From: Bacteroidota bacterium
GTDB taxonomy: Bacteria; Bacteroidota; Ignavibacteria; UBA10030; UBA6906
NCBI GenBank assembly: GCA_031402435.1
Contig: JANNSJ010000038.1
Location: forward strand, 15,597-79,596
DNA: 64,000 bases
Direction of reading: 5' to 3'
In this document: positions 10,169 through 20,888 of the stretch, piece after piece
How the letters are laid out: each line of letters starts with the position of its first letter
Numbering within the stretch: position 1 is the first letter of the stretch
Notes under the pieces: generated by a model
Databases searched by the model: none
Told to the model about the DNA's origin: nothing
The model's input: the letters and a program-made list of their open reading frames with translations, nothing else
Program-made: the position numbers and the translations under genes

Positions 10169-11524
10169 ATGACCTCCAGCGTCGAGTCCACTCCAACCGA
10201 ACTCCCCCGCCAGCTTACCCTTCTCGATTCCACAATGATCAACGTCGGCAGCATGATCGGCTCCGGCATCTTCATTGTACCCTCAGTCATTGCGTTGTAC
10301 TTGCATTCGACGTCGTTGGTCGCACTTGTTTGGGTCGCCGGGGGAATCGTGAGCCTGTTCGGCGCCCTGTCGGTTGCAGAGCTGGGTGCGATGATGCCAA
10401 AGGCGGGCGGGCAGTACGTGTATTTGCGGGAAGCGTATGGACCGTTGTGGGGATTTCTGTATGGATGGGCATCCTTTGCAGTGATCATGACTGCATCGAT
10501 TTCTGCCGTGGCGGTGGGATTTGCAACGTATCTTGGCTACTTCGTTCCCCTTGATGCAATTGGCATCAAGACTGTTGCGATCGCATCTATAGGTTTTCTG
10601 ACAGCGATCAACTGTTTCGGAACGAAGCTCGGCGCACTTGTGCAGAATGGCTTCACGTTCCTGAAGGTTGCGGCATTCTGCATCCTCGTCCTTCTCGCCT
10701 TCGTTCTCAGCGGCGGTTCGACAGCAAACTTCCAGCCGATGTTTCCCTCCACTTCCCTCCCGAATTTGATCGGCCCTCTCGGATTGGCAATGATTGCCGT
10801 GCTCTGGTCCTACGATGGCTGGATCGAGATCACGTATATCGCCGGAGAAGTGAAGGACCCTGACCGAACGATCCCCCGGGCGCTTATTGTTTCAACATTG
10901 CTCATCATCGTCATCTACCTCCTTGTCAACCTTGTGTTCGTGTACCTGCTCTCGTTCAAGAACATGTCACATTCGCCGCTGGTTGCTTCGGATGCGGCAA
11001 CAGTTCTCTTGGGCTCCACCGGCGCTACACTCATCACGCTTGCAGTGATGGTCTCAACGTTCGGCGCAAACAATGGCTTCGTCTTCACGGGTGCGCGCAT
11101 CTACTACGCAATGGCAAAGGAGGGGATGTTCTTCAAACAACTCGCGACCATCCATCCGCGGTTCCAGACGCCGGTCGCTTCGCTTGTGAGCCAGGGTGCC
11201 TGGTCATGCTTGCTGGTTCTGACCGGAACGTTCGAACAGTTGTTCACATACGTTGTCTTTGCATCGTGGATATTCTACGCGATGTCTTGTGGCGCTGTGA
11301 TCATCCTGCGCAGGCGATCTCCTGCCCGCCACAGACCGTACAGAACCTGGGGTTATCCGCACACACCTGTTTTGTTCATCCTCTTCGCGATAGGATTGGT
11401 AATTGCCACGATCATGGAAAGCCCGCGCGATGCAGCCATCGGCGCCGGATTGATTGCCGCGGGAATACCTGCCTACTATTATTGGTCTCGACAAACCGGA
11501 AGCGGATATGACCGCGCATCCTGA
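10169..11524 (+). CDS. APC family amino acid permease
   Basis: 'GSMIGSGIFIVP', 'AELGAMMPKAGGQYVYL', 'WSYDGW' and 12 hydrophobic segments. Confidence 0.9.
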   Translation: MTSSVESTPTELPRQLTLLDSTMINVGSMIGSGIFIVPSVIALYLHSTSLVALVWVAGGIVSLFGALSVAELGAMMPKAGGQYVYLREAYGPLWGFLYGWASFAVIMTASISAVAVGFATYLGYFVPLDAIGIKTVAIASIGFLTAINCFGTKLGALVQNGFTFLKVAAFCILVLLAFVLSGGSTANFQPMFPSTSLPNLIGPLGLAMIAVLWSYDGWIEITYIAGEVKDPDRTIPRALIVSTLLIIVIYLLVNLVFVYLLSFKNMSHSPLVASDAATVLLGSTGATLITLAVMVSTFGANNGFVFTGARIYYAMAKEGMFFKQLATIHPRFQTPVASLVSQGAWSCLLVLTGTFEQLFTYVVFASWIFYAMSCGAVIILRRRSPARHRPYRTWGYPHTPVLFILFAIGLVIATIMESPRDAAIGAGLIAAGIPAYYYWSRQTGSGYDRAS

Positions 11525-12362
11525 CACCCGTACTATTTCGCTCACGTCTCTCGCGCTCGTTGCATTTGCATCCAATTCCATTCTCTGCCGGCTCGCCCTC
11601 GGCCATCATCTCATCGACGCCGGAACATTCACATCTGTCCGGTTGATGAGCGGCGCGGTTGCACTCGTAGCGCTTGTCGCTCTCAAGGGTCAACGAATCC
11701 CGGCTTTCACCATGCACTGGCAGTCAACGGTTGCCTTGTTCGCATATGCCGCGCCATTCTCTTTCGCATATCTTCTCATCCCCGCGAGCGCGGGTGCACT
11801 GATACTGTTTGGCGCAGTCCAGACAACGATGATCGGGTGGGATATTGTGCAGGGCAAACGTCTTAACAAAACTGAACTCATCGGACTCGTTCTTGCGATG
11901 TCTGGGCTTGTCGTTCTTACCCTGCCCGGCGCAACCGGCCTCGACGTAGCTGGAGTGGGACTCATGACAATCGCCGGAATCGCATGGGGTGTCTATTCAC
12001 TATTAGGAAAAGGTGTCGATGATCCGCTCCACGCCACGGCAAGCAACTTCGTTCTCAGTATAGTTTTTGTGATACCGTTGGCTGCCTTGTCAGCCGGCGA
12101 ATGGAACGTTTCCCGCCAAGGGTTGGTTCTTGCAATTGCATCCGGTGCGCTTACTTCGGGAATTGGTTATGCTGTGTGGTATACCGCTCTTCGTGGACTA
12201 TCCTCAACTCAAGCGGCAATTCTCCAGCTTCTTGTTCCGGTTCTTGCGGCAATTGGCGGAGTTGTAATTCTTGATGAGACAGTGTCGTTGCGTCTTGTTA
12301 TTTCGGGGGTGATGATATTTGCGGGGGTGTTGCTTGCGATGGTTGGGGTTCGACGAGGGTAA
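11508..12362 (+). CDS. DMT/EamA family transporter
   Basis: 'AFASNSILCRLAL', two EamA repeats; start set to ATG 11508 overlapping the permease end. Confidence 0.85.
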   Translation: MTAHPDTRTISLTSLALVAFASNSILCRLALGHHLIDAGTFTSVRLMSGAVALVALVALKGQRIPAFTMHWQSTVALFAYAAPFSFAYLLIPASAGALILFGAVQTTMIGWDIVQGKRLNKTELIGLVLAMSGLVVLTLPGATGLDVAGVGLMTIAGIAWGVYSLLGKGVDDPLHATASNFVLSIVFVIPLAALSAGEWNVSRQGLVLAIASGALTSGIGYAVWYTALRGLSSTQAAILQLLVPVLAAIGGVVILDETVSLRLVISGVMIFAGVLLAMVGVRRG

Positions 12363-12443
12363 TACCTTCTGGATTCTCTCTCCCTAATTTCCGATTATAG
12401 TAATAGAGTTTTGATACTGGTAAATTATCTAATCGAGGTGTGT

Positions 12444-14153
12444 ATGATAAGACGTACTCAAGGCATCCTTCTCTGTTGCATTGTTGCAACCCTATCGAGT
12501 TCAGCTTCAGACAAAGATGGCCGTGTCCCTTCTCCAAGGAAGCAACAACTCGAATTGCCGGGTGATCCGTACATTCATGTGTCTCGCGATGGCATGCCGG
12601 CGACGCCGGCATACCGAGTTTCAACTCTGGGGTTCTTTGCCGTTCAGGTGAACGTTGACGATTCAAGCCGCAACATCGTTGGCGACGCGGCAAATGAACC
12701 CTCCATTGCCGTCGATCCCACCAATCCAAACCGCATCGCCATCGGCTGGCGTCAGTTCAATACCATCACCAACAATTTCCGGCAGGCTGGTTATGGTTAT
12801 ACCACAGACGCGGGGCATACATGGAGATTCCCCGGCGTCATTCAGCCGGGAGTGTTCCGCTCCGATCCCGTGTTTGACTCGGATGCCGAAGGAAATTTCT
12901 ATTACAACAGTCTCACGACCGTCGGGCCGGATTACATTTGTAACGTGTTCAAATCGTCTGATGGTGGAGCCTCGTGGGGGCCCGGAACACTTGCCCGCGG
13001 CGGCGACAAACAGTGGATGACCATCGATAAGACATCCAGCGGGGGGCGCGGCAACATCTACTCATCCTGGACATCGAACTTCAGCTCATGCCTTCCGGGA
13101 TTCTTCACCCGTTCAGCAAACCGGAATGCAAGCTACGAAGAATGTGTTGCAATCCCCGACGATCCCTTCTGGGGTACACTGGGAGTAGGCCCTGACGGAG
13201 AGCTGTATGTGTGCGGCGCAGGTAATACAGGTTTTGTCGTTGCGAAATCATCCACCGCCCGTGATTCGAGCCAGGTGGTTTCCTGGGACACCACATCAAT
13301 CGTTGATCTCGACGGTGATCCGGTGGCCTTTGCAGGAAGCGCGAGTCCAAACCCCGGAGGTTTGCACGGACAGGCATGGGTGGCAGTTAACCAATCCAAT
13401 GGGTCCGGAAGGGGCGATGTGTATGTGCTATGTTCTGTCGGGCGGATTTCGAATTCAGATCCGCTTGACGTCATGTTTGCGCGCAGCACGGATGGCGGTC
13501 GCACATGGAGCGCACCGGTTCGTGTCAACGATGACGCAAGCACGACGGCGTGGCAATGGTTCGGCACCATGTCCGTTGCACCCACCGGTCGCATTGATGC
13601 AGTCTGGCTTGACACGCGTGATAATCCCGGAAGCGTGAACTCGTCCCTTTACTATTCCTTCTCAACAAACGGCGGTGCAACGTGGTCTCCAAACGCCCGA
13701 CTCTCCCAATCGTTTGACCCGCATGTGGGATGGCCGCAACAACAAAAAATAGGAGACTACTTCCACATGGTCTCGGACAGCACGGGCGCTCACCTCGCGT
13801 GGGCTGCAACGTTCGGCGGTGAGCAGAATGTGTACTACGGCCGGATTGAGTTTCCCCTTACAAGCGCTAAAGAGCAGGACAACGAGCTGACTCAGTTTGC
13901 ACTCTCACAGAACTACCCGAACCCGTTTAATCCATCAACGGCTATTTCATTCACACTTCCTCATTCAACATTCACCATTCTGAGAGTCTATGATGTATTA
14001 GGGAGAGAGGTTTCAATTCTTGTGGCAGACCGCATGAATGCAGGAACACACTCCGTCCGTTGGGATGCCTCAGGACTCTCGAGCGGCATCTACTTCTATC
14101 GCCTTGAGACGGATGCATTTATGCAAACCAGGAGACTTACTCTGTTGCGATGA
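12444..14153 (+). CDS. BNR/Asp-box (sialidase-like) beta-propeller protein with T9SS CTD
   Basis: Asp-boxes (SSDGGASW, STDGGRTW, STNGGATW), 'NEPSIAVDP', 'GDYF' and CTD; GAGGTG SD before ATG 12444. Confidence 0.85.
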   Translation: MIRRTQGILLCCIVATLSSSASDKDGRVPSPRKQQLELPGDPYIHVSRDGMPATPAYRVSTLGFFAVQVNVDDSSRNIVGDAANEPSIAVDPTNPNRIAIGWRQFNTITNNFRQAGYGYTTDAGHTWRFPGVIQPGVFRSDPVFDSDAEGNFYYNSLTTVGPDYICNVFKSSDGGASWGPGTLARGGDKQWMTIDKTSSGGRGNIYSSWTSNFSSCLPGFFTRSANRNASYEECVAIPDDPFWGTLGVGPDGELYVCGAGNTGFVVAKSSTARDSSQVVSWDTTSIVDLDGDPVAFAGSASPNPGGLHGQAWVAVNQSNGSGRGDVYVLCSVGRISNSDPLDVMFARSTDGGRTWSAPVRVNDDASTTAWQWFGTMSVAPTGRIDAVWLDTRDNPGSVNSSLYYSFSTNGGATWSPNARLSQSFDPHVGWPQQQKIGDYFHMVSDSTGAHLAWAATFGGEQNVYYGRIEFPLTSAKEQDNELTQFALSQNYPNPFNPSTAISFTLPHSTFTILRVYDVLGREVSILVADRMNAGTHSVRWDASGLSSGIYFYRLETDAFMQTRRLTLLR

Positions 14154-15739
14154 CTATGAACCTGCATTGCGTTGGTATGAAGTGGTTGAACATCATCGCT
14201 CTGGGTCTGCTTTGCCCGGCCAGCGGACAAGCGCGCCCGCCCGAATCTCCTTCCCCGTCTGTTGATTGGACTGCTGTTCATCATCTTACCATCCGTGGTA
14301 TTCAGCACCTCTACAATCTTGAGGTGGATGTTGCCATGCGCTCATTCGATTCCGTGAGCCAGATGGCGCCCGGCGACCCGCGGGGACCGTTCTTTCAGAG
14401 TATTGTTCATTTTTATTTGTATACGCTCAACCGGGACGAGAAGGAGCTTGTGACCTTCTTTGAAGAGTCCGAGAAGGTAATCAATGTCTGCGAAGAGCTT
14501 CTCGACCAGAACGACCGGGATGCCCAGACGAAGTTTTACCTCGGCGGCATTTACGGCTACCGTGGACTCGCGTTCCAGGCAAGCGGTTCCTTGTTGAAGG
14601 CAGCAAGAGACGGACGAAAGGGATACCTTCTTCTCGAAGAAGCCGTCACCGAGAACCCGAAACTCTACGACGCTCACATGGGCTTCGGGTTGTTCCGGTA
14701 TTTGATCGCAAAGGTTCCAAGGTCAATGAAATGGATACTGACCATGCTTGGGGTTGACGGCGATCTGGAAGGCGGACTGCGCTCACTGCAGCTTGCCGCG
14801 AAAAAAGGAGTGTATACACGGACCGAGGCGAAACTCTATCTTTCACAGTTCCTGTTTTCAGAGGGACGGCAGGACAGCGCGCTGACATACCTCAACGAAC
14901 TGCGCACCGAGTATCCGGAGAACACGTTGTTCGTCGTCCTCTATTCCGCATGGCAGCATCGTCTCCGCAACTACGATGAAGCCCTGACGGCTGCCCGCGT
15001 TGCCATCGACCTGAACAACCGGAAGACAGTTCAGTACGGAGAGGAGCTTGCCTACAGCACGCTCGGCAGCATCTACTTCACGTTGAACGAGTTCCCAAAC
15101 GCACGGACGCACTTCATCTCCTACCTGCAAAAAGCACGCAACACTGAGAACATTCCAAACCTGACAAACTACAGGGCGGGACTTGCATGTGAAATTGCGG
15201 GGGACAGAACAACGGCCGTTGAATTCTATCGCAGGATGAAAGAACCTGATGCACAGACGCGAGCCTGGGATGCTTTGAATTACAGGAGAGGCAAGGAACT
15301 TCTCACGCGACCACTGACAGAGGCGGAGATCCTTCTTGTGAAGGGAGGAAATGAAGCGTCGCAACACAAGTTCGACCGTGCAATCGCCATGTATAATGCT
15401 GGCCTCCTGAAGAGTGGCAACAACCCAGACTTTCAGGTCAGAGCGTTGTACGGCATCCAGCAGTCCCAGTTCGATGAGGATTCGCTTAATGATGCTATTG
15501 GCACTTCGCATCGCCTGCTCGCTATGAATTCGTCCGAGCCTGCCTTGAAACCGATCAATGAAACATGGATCATCCCACATGCGTGGTTCAAACTCGGCCA
15601 GACGTATTCCAAATTGGGAAAGAACACAGAAGCGCGTTCGGCGTTTGAAAAAGTTGACGACTACGATGACTATGAATTTCAAGAGCGACTCGAGAGGCAA
15701 GTAGAAGAGGAAATGAAAAGGCTCGACAGCATACAATAA
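14150..15739 (+). CDS. Secreted tetratricopeptide-repeat protein
   Basis: Helical TPR-like repeats and signal peptide; ATGA overlap with the upstream gene; exact start uncertain. Confidence 0.75.
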   Translation: MTMNLHCVGMKWLNIIALGLLCPASGQARPPESPSPSVDWTAVHHLTIRGIQHLYNLEVDVAMRSFDSVSQMAPGDPRGPFFQSIVHFYLYTLNRDEKELVTFFEESEKVINVCEELLDQNDRDAQTKFYLGGIYGYRGLAFQASGSLLKAARDGRKGYLLLEEAVTENPKLYDAHMGFGLFRYLIAKVPRSMKWILTMLGVDGDLEGGLRSLQLAAKKGVYTRTEAKLYLSQFLFSEGRQDSALTYLNELRTEYPENTLFVVLYSAWQHRLRNYDEALTAARVAIDLNNRKTVQYGEELAYSTLGSIYFTLNEFPNARTHFISYLQKARNTENIPNLTNYRAGLACEIAGDRTTAVEFYRRMKEPDAQTRAWDALNYRRGKELLTRPLTEAEILLVKGGNEASQHKFDRAIAMYNAGLLKSGNNPDFQVRALYGIQQSQFDEDSLNDAIGTSHRLLAMNSSEPALKPINETWIIPHAWFKLGQTYSKLGKNTEARSAFEKVDDYDDYEFQERLERQVEEEMKRLDSIQ

Positions 15740-15769
15740 ACGCGGCACGCGGCAACACATGGAGTATGA

Positions 15770-16183
15770 ATGAAACCCACGGGCATTGAACATATCGGTA
15801 TCGCTGTGAAAGATCTCGCAGCATCAATCAAATACTACGAGGAAGTTCTCGGCTTGAAATGCTATGCGATTGAGGAGGTGGAGGATCAGAAAGTGAAGAC
15901 GGCGTTCTTCCGCGTCGGCCAGACCAAGATCGAATTGCTCGAGGCAACCGGACCTGGGAGTCCGGTGGCAAGGTTCATCGAGAAGCGGGGCGAGGGAGTC
16001 CATCACATTGCATTTGCCGTTGATGACGTGCAGAAGGCCCTGTTAGATGTAGAACAAAAGGGCGTAATGTTGATTGATAAAGAGCCACGCAAAGGCGCCG
16101 AAGGACTCGATATTGCGTTCCTCCATCCCAAATCAACCGGCGGCGTGCTGACAGAATTCTGTCAGAGGCCCAAATCCACTTAA
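15770..16183 (+). CDS. mce: Methylmalonyl-CoA epimerase
   Basis: 'IEHIGIAV', 'KIELLE', 'GEGVHHIAF' and 'AFLHPKSTGGVLTEFC'. Confidence 0.92.
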   Translation: MKPTGIEHIGIAVKDLAASIKYYEEVLGLKCYAIEEVEDQKVKTAFFRVGQTKIELLEATGPGSPVARFIEKRGEGVHHIAFAVDDVQKALLDVEQKGVMLIDKEPRKGAEGLDIAFLHPKSTGGVLTEFCQRPKST

Positions 16184-16200
16184 GTACCGATTCACCATCG

Positions 16201-17325
16201 ATGCCCACTACAATTGCCATCTTCAGTGTTTCTGCCGGAACGGGGCACGTCCGCGCGGCTGAAGCTCTCAGGCTCACAGCCGAAGAGAAATTTCCTGACG
16301 TTTCTGTTGTTCATATTGATCTGATGGCGTTGGTCCCTCCGCTGTTCAAGAAGCTCTACGCTGACTCCTATCTCCCACTCGTCGAACGACACCCGGCGTT
16401 GTGGGGATACCTCTACACGCAAGCCGACAAACGCAAGCTTGAGTCCCATAGTGACAGGTTCCGTATAGCGGTCGAACGCCTCAACCTGCAAAAGTTCAAG
16501 GACGCCCTCGACGAGATCAATCCTGATCACGTTATCTGCACCCACTTCCTTCCTGCCGAGCTGTTCTCACGATGGAAACGTAAACACAAATTTCCTCAAC
16601 CAGTATGGGTCGTCGTCACGGATTTTGATGTCAATATGCTCTGGGTACACAAGCGGATGTCCGGCTATTGCACAGCGAACGAGGAAGTTGCCTGGAGACT
16701 ACAAGACCGTGATGTTGATGGCAAGAGCATTCACGTAACAGGTATTCCCATCATGCCGGCATTTGCGGAGAAGCTCTCACGTACAGATTGCGCGCAGGAG
16801 CTCGGCATTGATCCTGACAAACCCACATTGCTCCTTATGTCGGGAGGCGCAGGCATGGAGAAAATGTTGAAGCTGGCCCGGAGACTGTTGAGTATCAACG
16901 ATGAGTTCCAGCTCATTGCTCTGGCTGGAAAGAACGCAAAGCTGCTGTCACAACTGCAGAGACTTGCTGCAGACTACCCGCAACGAATGACTCCGATAGA
17001 ATACACGAACACCATCGAGCGTGTGATGGCGGCGAGCGATCTTGCGATTACCAAGTCAGGAGGATTGACAACCTCCGAATGCCTGGCAATGGGGTTGCCG
17101 ATGCTGGTGGTATCTCCCATTCCCGGGCAGGAAGAACGCAACGCCGACTTTCTCCTGGAACAGGGTGCGGCGCTCAAGGCATACGACGAAGCGGGACTTG
17201 AGTTCCGCGTGAGAGCGCTGTTGCGCGAACCGGATAAACTGAAGGAAATGCGGGGGAATGCACTCCGACTGGGAAAATCAAACGCAGCCGAGAACATATT
17301 GAAGCTGGTGATGGAGAGTGCCTAG
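16201..17325 (+). CDS. MGDG synthase/UgtP-like GT28 glycosyltransferase
   Basis: 'SAGTGHVRAA', 'ICTHFLP', 'VVTDF', 'TGIP', 'TKSGGLTTSE' and 'IPGQEERNA'. Confidence 0.88.
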   Translation: MPTTIAIFSVSAGTGHVRAAEALRLTAEEKFPDVSVVHIDLMALVPPLFKKLYADSYLPLVERHPALWGYLYTQADKRKLESHSDRFRIAVERLNLQKFKDALDEINPDHVICTHFLPAELFSRWKRKHKFPQPVWVVVTDFDVNMLWVHKRMSGYCTANEEVAWRLQDRDVDGKSIHVTGIPIMPAFAEKLSRTDCAQELGIDPDKPTLLLMSGGAGMEKMLKLARRLLSINDEFQLIALAGKNAKLLSQLQRLAADYPQRMTPIEYTNTIERVMAASDLAITKSGGLTTSECLAMGLPMLVVSPIPGQEERNADFLLEQGAALKAYDEAGLEFRVRALLREPDKLKEMRGNALRLGKSNAAENILKLVMESA

Positions 17326-17402
17326 TGGTCGTTGCTTCTCCCTTTCCAATGTTGTACTTTTCCACTGGGGATTGGCTAGTAAACATCATTAGAGGAGGCA
17401 AC

Positions 17403-17717
17403 ATGTATCGAACTTTTTTAGCACTCGGCATTGCTCTCATTTTTGTGTTGATAGCGTCACAGGCCCGATCGCAGGCAAGCAAGCAACTCAACGAAAGAGC
17501 AAAGAGCGTGGCAACGCCCCCGGATCAAAGCTGGAAGCAAGTCGATGAGATTAACAAGGACACCGACAGAACAAGGAACAACTACCAACAGTCAAAAAAG
17601 AGCGCCGAACAAGCAGCCGTTCAGTCGCACTACTCCACAAAGAAAGTAAGCCCCGGCACCGGCAGCGCGTATAAGAAACCGTCACCGCCAAAGAAGAAAA
17701 TACCGGCGAAGAAGTAG
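17403..17717 (+). CDS. Small basic secreted hypothetical protein
   Basis: GGAGG SD before ATG 17403, signal peptide and Lys/Pro-rich tail. Confidence 0.6.
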   Translation: MYRTFLALGIALIFVLIASQARSQASKQLNERAKSVATPPDQSWKQVDEINKDTDRTRNNYQQSKKSAEQAAVQSHYSTKKVSPGTGSAYKKPSPPKKKIPAKK

Positions 17718-17861
17718 AGCGCCTTTTCAAGAGGCGGACTTCAGTGTCCCCGATTCTCTTCAGCCGGTGCATTTCTATGGCCGGCTGGTAGTCTATCGTG
17801 GCCACCATTCTTGGCTGAACAACTCATTCACCTTTCATTCCCGTAACACATCCGGATCTTC

Positions 17862-18617
17862 ATGCAGGACGACACCTTCATCGGAGGCCAGCGGGGATAC
17901 TTCCCCGCGACTCACTACTCGGCGATCATTGCTGTTTCAAGCGAGGACCTAACGATACGCACACGCGCGTATGAATATATCATCAACGCCTACTGGAAGC
18001 CGGTCTACAAGTATGTGCGGGTCAAGTGGGGCAAGTCCAACGAGGATGCAAAGGATCTTACGCAGGCATTCTTTGCAAAGGTGATGGAGAAGGAGTTCTT
18101 CACCAGCTATGACCCGGCAAAGTCCCGCTTCCGGACTTTCCTCCGTGTGTGTCTTGATAGATTCCTGGCCAACGAAGACAAGGCTGCTTCTCGTATCAAA
18201 CGTGGCGGTGACGCGCAAGTCATCTCCCTTGACTTCGAAAGCGCAGACGGGGAATTGCTTCATGCCAGCGTTCCCTCAGACAGCTCGGTGGAAGAGTATT
18301 TCGACAAGGAGTGGGTGCGGCATATGTTCAGCATTGCAGTCGCGAGATTGAAGTCACATTTTGAATCCACTGGAAAGCCTGTCTGTTTCCAACTCTTCGA
18401 ACTGTATCATCTTGCCGACGATGCTGAATCAAGCACCTTGTCTTATGATCAGCTTGCAATCCAGTTCGGTGTTTCTGTTTCCAACGTGACGAACTACCTC
18501 TCGTCCGCACGGCGGGAATTCAGAAAGATTGTGTTGGAAGAACTTAGGAACGTAACGGCAACGGAACACGAATTTCGTGAAGAGGCCCGAGAACTTCTGG
18601 GCATTGAGCCGCCATGA
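17862..18617 (+). CDS. ECF sigma factor of the kinase-associated type
   Basis: 'YWKPVYKYVR...EDAKDLTQAFF...RFRTFL...KRGG', region 4 HTH; coupled to a Ser/Thr kinase gene. Confidence 0.85.
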   Translation: MQDDTFIGGQRGYFPATHYSAIIAVSSEDLTIRTRAYEYIINAYWKPVYKYVRVKWGKSNEDAKDLTQAFFAKVMEKEFFTSYDPAKSRFRTFLRVCLDRFLANEDKAASRIKRGGDAQVISLDFESADGELLHASVPSDSSVEEYFDKEWVRHMFSIAVARLKSHFESTGKPVCFQLFELYHLADDAESSTLSYDQLAIQFGVSVSNVTNYLSSARREFRKIVLEELRNVTATEHEFREEARELLGIEPP

Positions 18618-19585
18618 CCTACCTTTCAAACAGGACCGTATCGAAACTACAGGAAGCAGTAGACCTTCCCGATCTTGGCGGTACCCGATATACATTAGTC
18701 CGCCACATCGCCAGAGGCGGGATGGGTGCCGTGTATCTTGTTGAAGATACACACTTGGGACGCCAGGTTGCAATGAAAGTACTTGATACAACGATCGAGT
18801 CTGACGAGCTCTCAGCACGTCTGCGAAAGGAAGCGCAGATTGTCGCAACGCTCGAGCATCCGGGGATTGTCCCGCTACATGATGTTGGCGTTCTCCCCGA
18901 TGGCCGCCTGTACTACACGATGAAATATGTTCAGGGCAAACAACTCGACGAATACGTCACGACTGAAATGTCCATTGCTGAACGGCTGAGGGTCTTCCAG
19001 AAGATTTGTGAAGCAGTCGCGTTCGCCCATTCCAAACATATCATCCACAGAGATCTGAAACCTCAAAACGTTATGGTGGGATCGTTCGGGGAAGTGTTGG
19101 TGATGGATTGGGGTGTTGCAAAACATCTTCATGATACAACCTCGGCCTCTGCGCCAATATCCGGAGCCTCTTCAGGAACATCGACAACACTCCACGGAAC
19201 AGTCATCGGAACGCCCGCATATATGTCACCGGAACAACAACGCGGCGAAGCGAACACTGCTGATGAACGCTCAGATGTTTTCTCCCTGGGAGCCATCCTG
19301 AACTTCCTACTGTCGGGTCTTCGGAAGAGCAATCCAAAGATACACAAATCCATTGAAGCCGTATGCTTGAAAGCACTTTCCCTCAACACTGATGAGCGTT
19401 ATGGCAGCGTCACCGCCTTGTCGGCGGATATTACCCGCTTTCTCGATGGAGAACCGGTCAGCGCATACAAGGAATCACTGATGGAGAGAACTGACCGCTG
19501 GGTTGGCAAGAACAGGTTTCTCGTTTTCCTTATCCTCGCATATCTGCTTATGAGGATTCTCCTTCTCGTCGCCTCCGGACGTTAA
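18614..19585 (+). CDS. Hanks-type Ser/Thr protein kinase with a C-terminal TM helix
   Basis: GGMGAVY, VAMK, HRDLKPQN, DWG and GTPAYMSPEQ. Confidence 0.92.
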   Translation: MTYLSNRTVSKLQEAVDLPDLGGTRYTLVRHIARGGMGAVYLVEDTHLGRQVAMKVLDTTIESDELSARLRKEAQIVATLEHPGIVPLHDVGVLPDGRLYYTMKYVQGKQLDEYVTTEMSIAERLRVFQKICEAVAFAHSKHIIHRDLKPQNVMVGSFGEVLVMDWGVAKHLHDTTSASAPISGASSGTSTTLHGTVIGTPAYMSPEQQRGEANTADERSDVFSLGAILNFLLSGLRKSNPKIHKSIEAVCLKALSLNTDERYGSVTALSADITRFLDGEPVSAYKESLMERTDRWVGKNRFLVFLILAYLLMRILLLVASGR

Positions 19586-19660
19586 AGGAATTCCAAGATT
19601 GGTGTAATAGAACTATAGGCTGCATAAAGGTCGATCATTTATTAACGTAAGGGGTAGGTC

Positions 19661-20041
19661 ATGAGTAGAGTGATGCATTTCGAGATACACGCTGAACAGC
19701 CGGATCGCGCAATCAAGTTCTATACAAATGTGTTCCGCTGGACTTTTACCAGGTGGGGCGGGGAAGAATATTGGCTCATTGCAACGGGTCCGAAAGAGGA
19801 ACCTGGCATCGACGGTGGACTGGTGAAACGCCGCGGCACTATTGACGGTACGGCTGTCACTGCGTATGTGTGTACGATTGGCGTAGCCAACGTAGACGAT
19901 ACAATCCTAAAAGTGAAGGCCAACGGCTGCGAGAACGTCGTCCCGAAAATGCCCATCCCAACAGTCGGTTGGCTGGCATACTGCAAAGACACCGAGGGGA
20001 ATATCTTCGGCGTCATGCAACCCGATACCAACGCAACGTAG
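19661..20041 (+). CDS. VOC/glyoxalase family protein
   Basis: 'VMHFEIHA...FY..VF.W', 'GIDGG' and 'DTEGNIFG'. Confidence 0.88.
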   Translation: MSRVMHFEIHAEQPDRAIKFYTNVFRWTFTRWGGEEYWLIATGPKEEPGIDGGLVKRRGTIDGTAVTAYVCTIGVANVDDTILKVKANGCENVVPKMPIPTVGWLAYCKDTEGNIFGVMQPDTNAT

Positions 20042-20051
20042 GCGGCCAACA

Positions 20052-20453
20052 ATGAAAAAGCTGTTGCTCAGTACAGGTGCGGCATTTGTATTCCTTGTTG
20101 TCATCAACGCACTGTTGTTTCCGGTCTTTTTTCCGGAAGGTCCGCCCGAGGTCTACAGCAACAAACGCCCAATGCCCCTTGTTCAATATCATCTACTCGC
20201 ATTTCTTATCACGGCGTTCCTCATGTCATACCTCTACCCGCTTGTCTACAAAGGCGAGCCGGCATGGAAAGAAGGCCTCAAGGTTGGAATCCTCATGGCG
20301 CTGTTTGTATCGCTACCCGAGAACCTTCACCTGTACGCTCTCACGGAGATGTCTTTCGTGGCGGGGTTGATCCCGGCGCTGTGGGTTGTCGTTATCTGGG
20401 GCCTTGCGGGAATCGTCATTGCATTCGTATATAAATCATTCCGAAGTAAATAA
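20052..20453 (+). CDS. Hypothetical membrane protein (4 TM)
   Basis: Hydrophobic ORF closely spaced within the operon. Confidence 0.7.
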   Translation: MKKLLLSTGAAFVFLVVINALLFPVFFPEGPPEVYSNKRPMPLVQYHLLAFLITAFLMSYLYPLVYKGEPAWKEGLKVGILMALFVSLPENLHLYALTEMSFVAGLIPALWVVVIWGLAGIVIAFVYKSFRSK

Positions 20454-20468
20454 TCAAAGGAGTACTCC

Positions 20469-20837
20469 ATGTCAAAACCAATATTCGGACTCATCCTCGG
20501 CGGCGTCCTCGGCATCTTCGATGGCCTCACCGCATTGTTCACCCCGGAGGCAGCCCCGATGATTACAGAAATCGTCATCGGTTCAACCATCAAGGGATTG
20601 ATCGCCGGCGTGCTGATCGGTTTCTTTGCAAAGAAGTTCAATTCTCTTCCGCTGGGTATCCTCTTCGGGCTCACCGTGGGATTGATTCTTGCATACGCTG
20701 TCGCAGCAATGCCCAGCGAAACCGGAGAGCATTATTACTTCGAGATCATGTTACCCGGCGGCCTCGTTGGTTTGATCGTGGGATATGCAACACAGAAGTA
20801 TGGCAAATCCAATACGGGTTCGGCACAGCAGGCGTAA
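20469..20837 (+). CDS. Hypothetical Gly-rich membrane protein
   Basis: AAGGAG SD and four Gly-rich hydrophobic helices. Confidence 0.75.
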   Translation: MSKPIFGLILGGVLGIFDGLTALFTPEAAPMITEIVIGSTIKGLIAGVLIGFFAKKFNSLPLGILFGLTVGLILAYAVAAMPSETGEHYYFEIMLPGGLVGLIVGYATQKYGKSNTGSAQQA

Positions 20838-20888
20838 CTGCTTATCGGATCGATAACATCCAACCGCTTATCCTCAAGGAGTTTCATT

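Noticed and set aside
14858-15793. 311-aa antisense ORF; likewise 39887-40660 and 49309-50235
   Set aside because: Shadow frames opposite well-supported genes, with no motifs
18614-19585. DWG instead of DFG, suggesting a pseudokinase
   Set aside because: DWG is a common variant and the other catalytic motifs are intact
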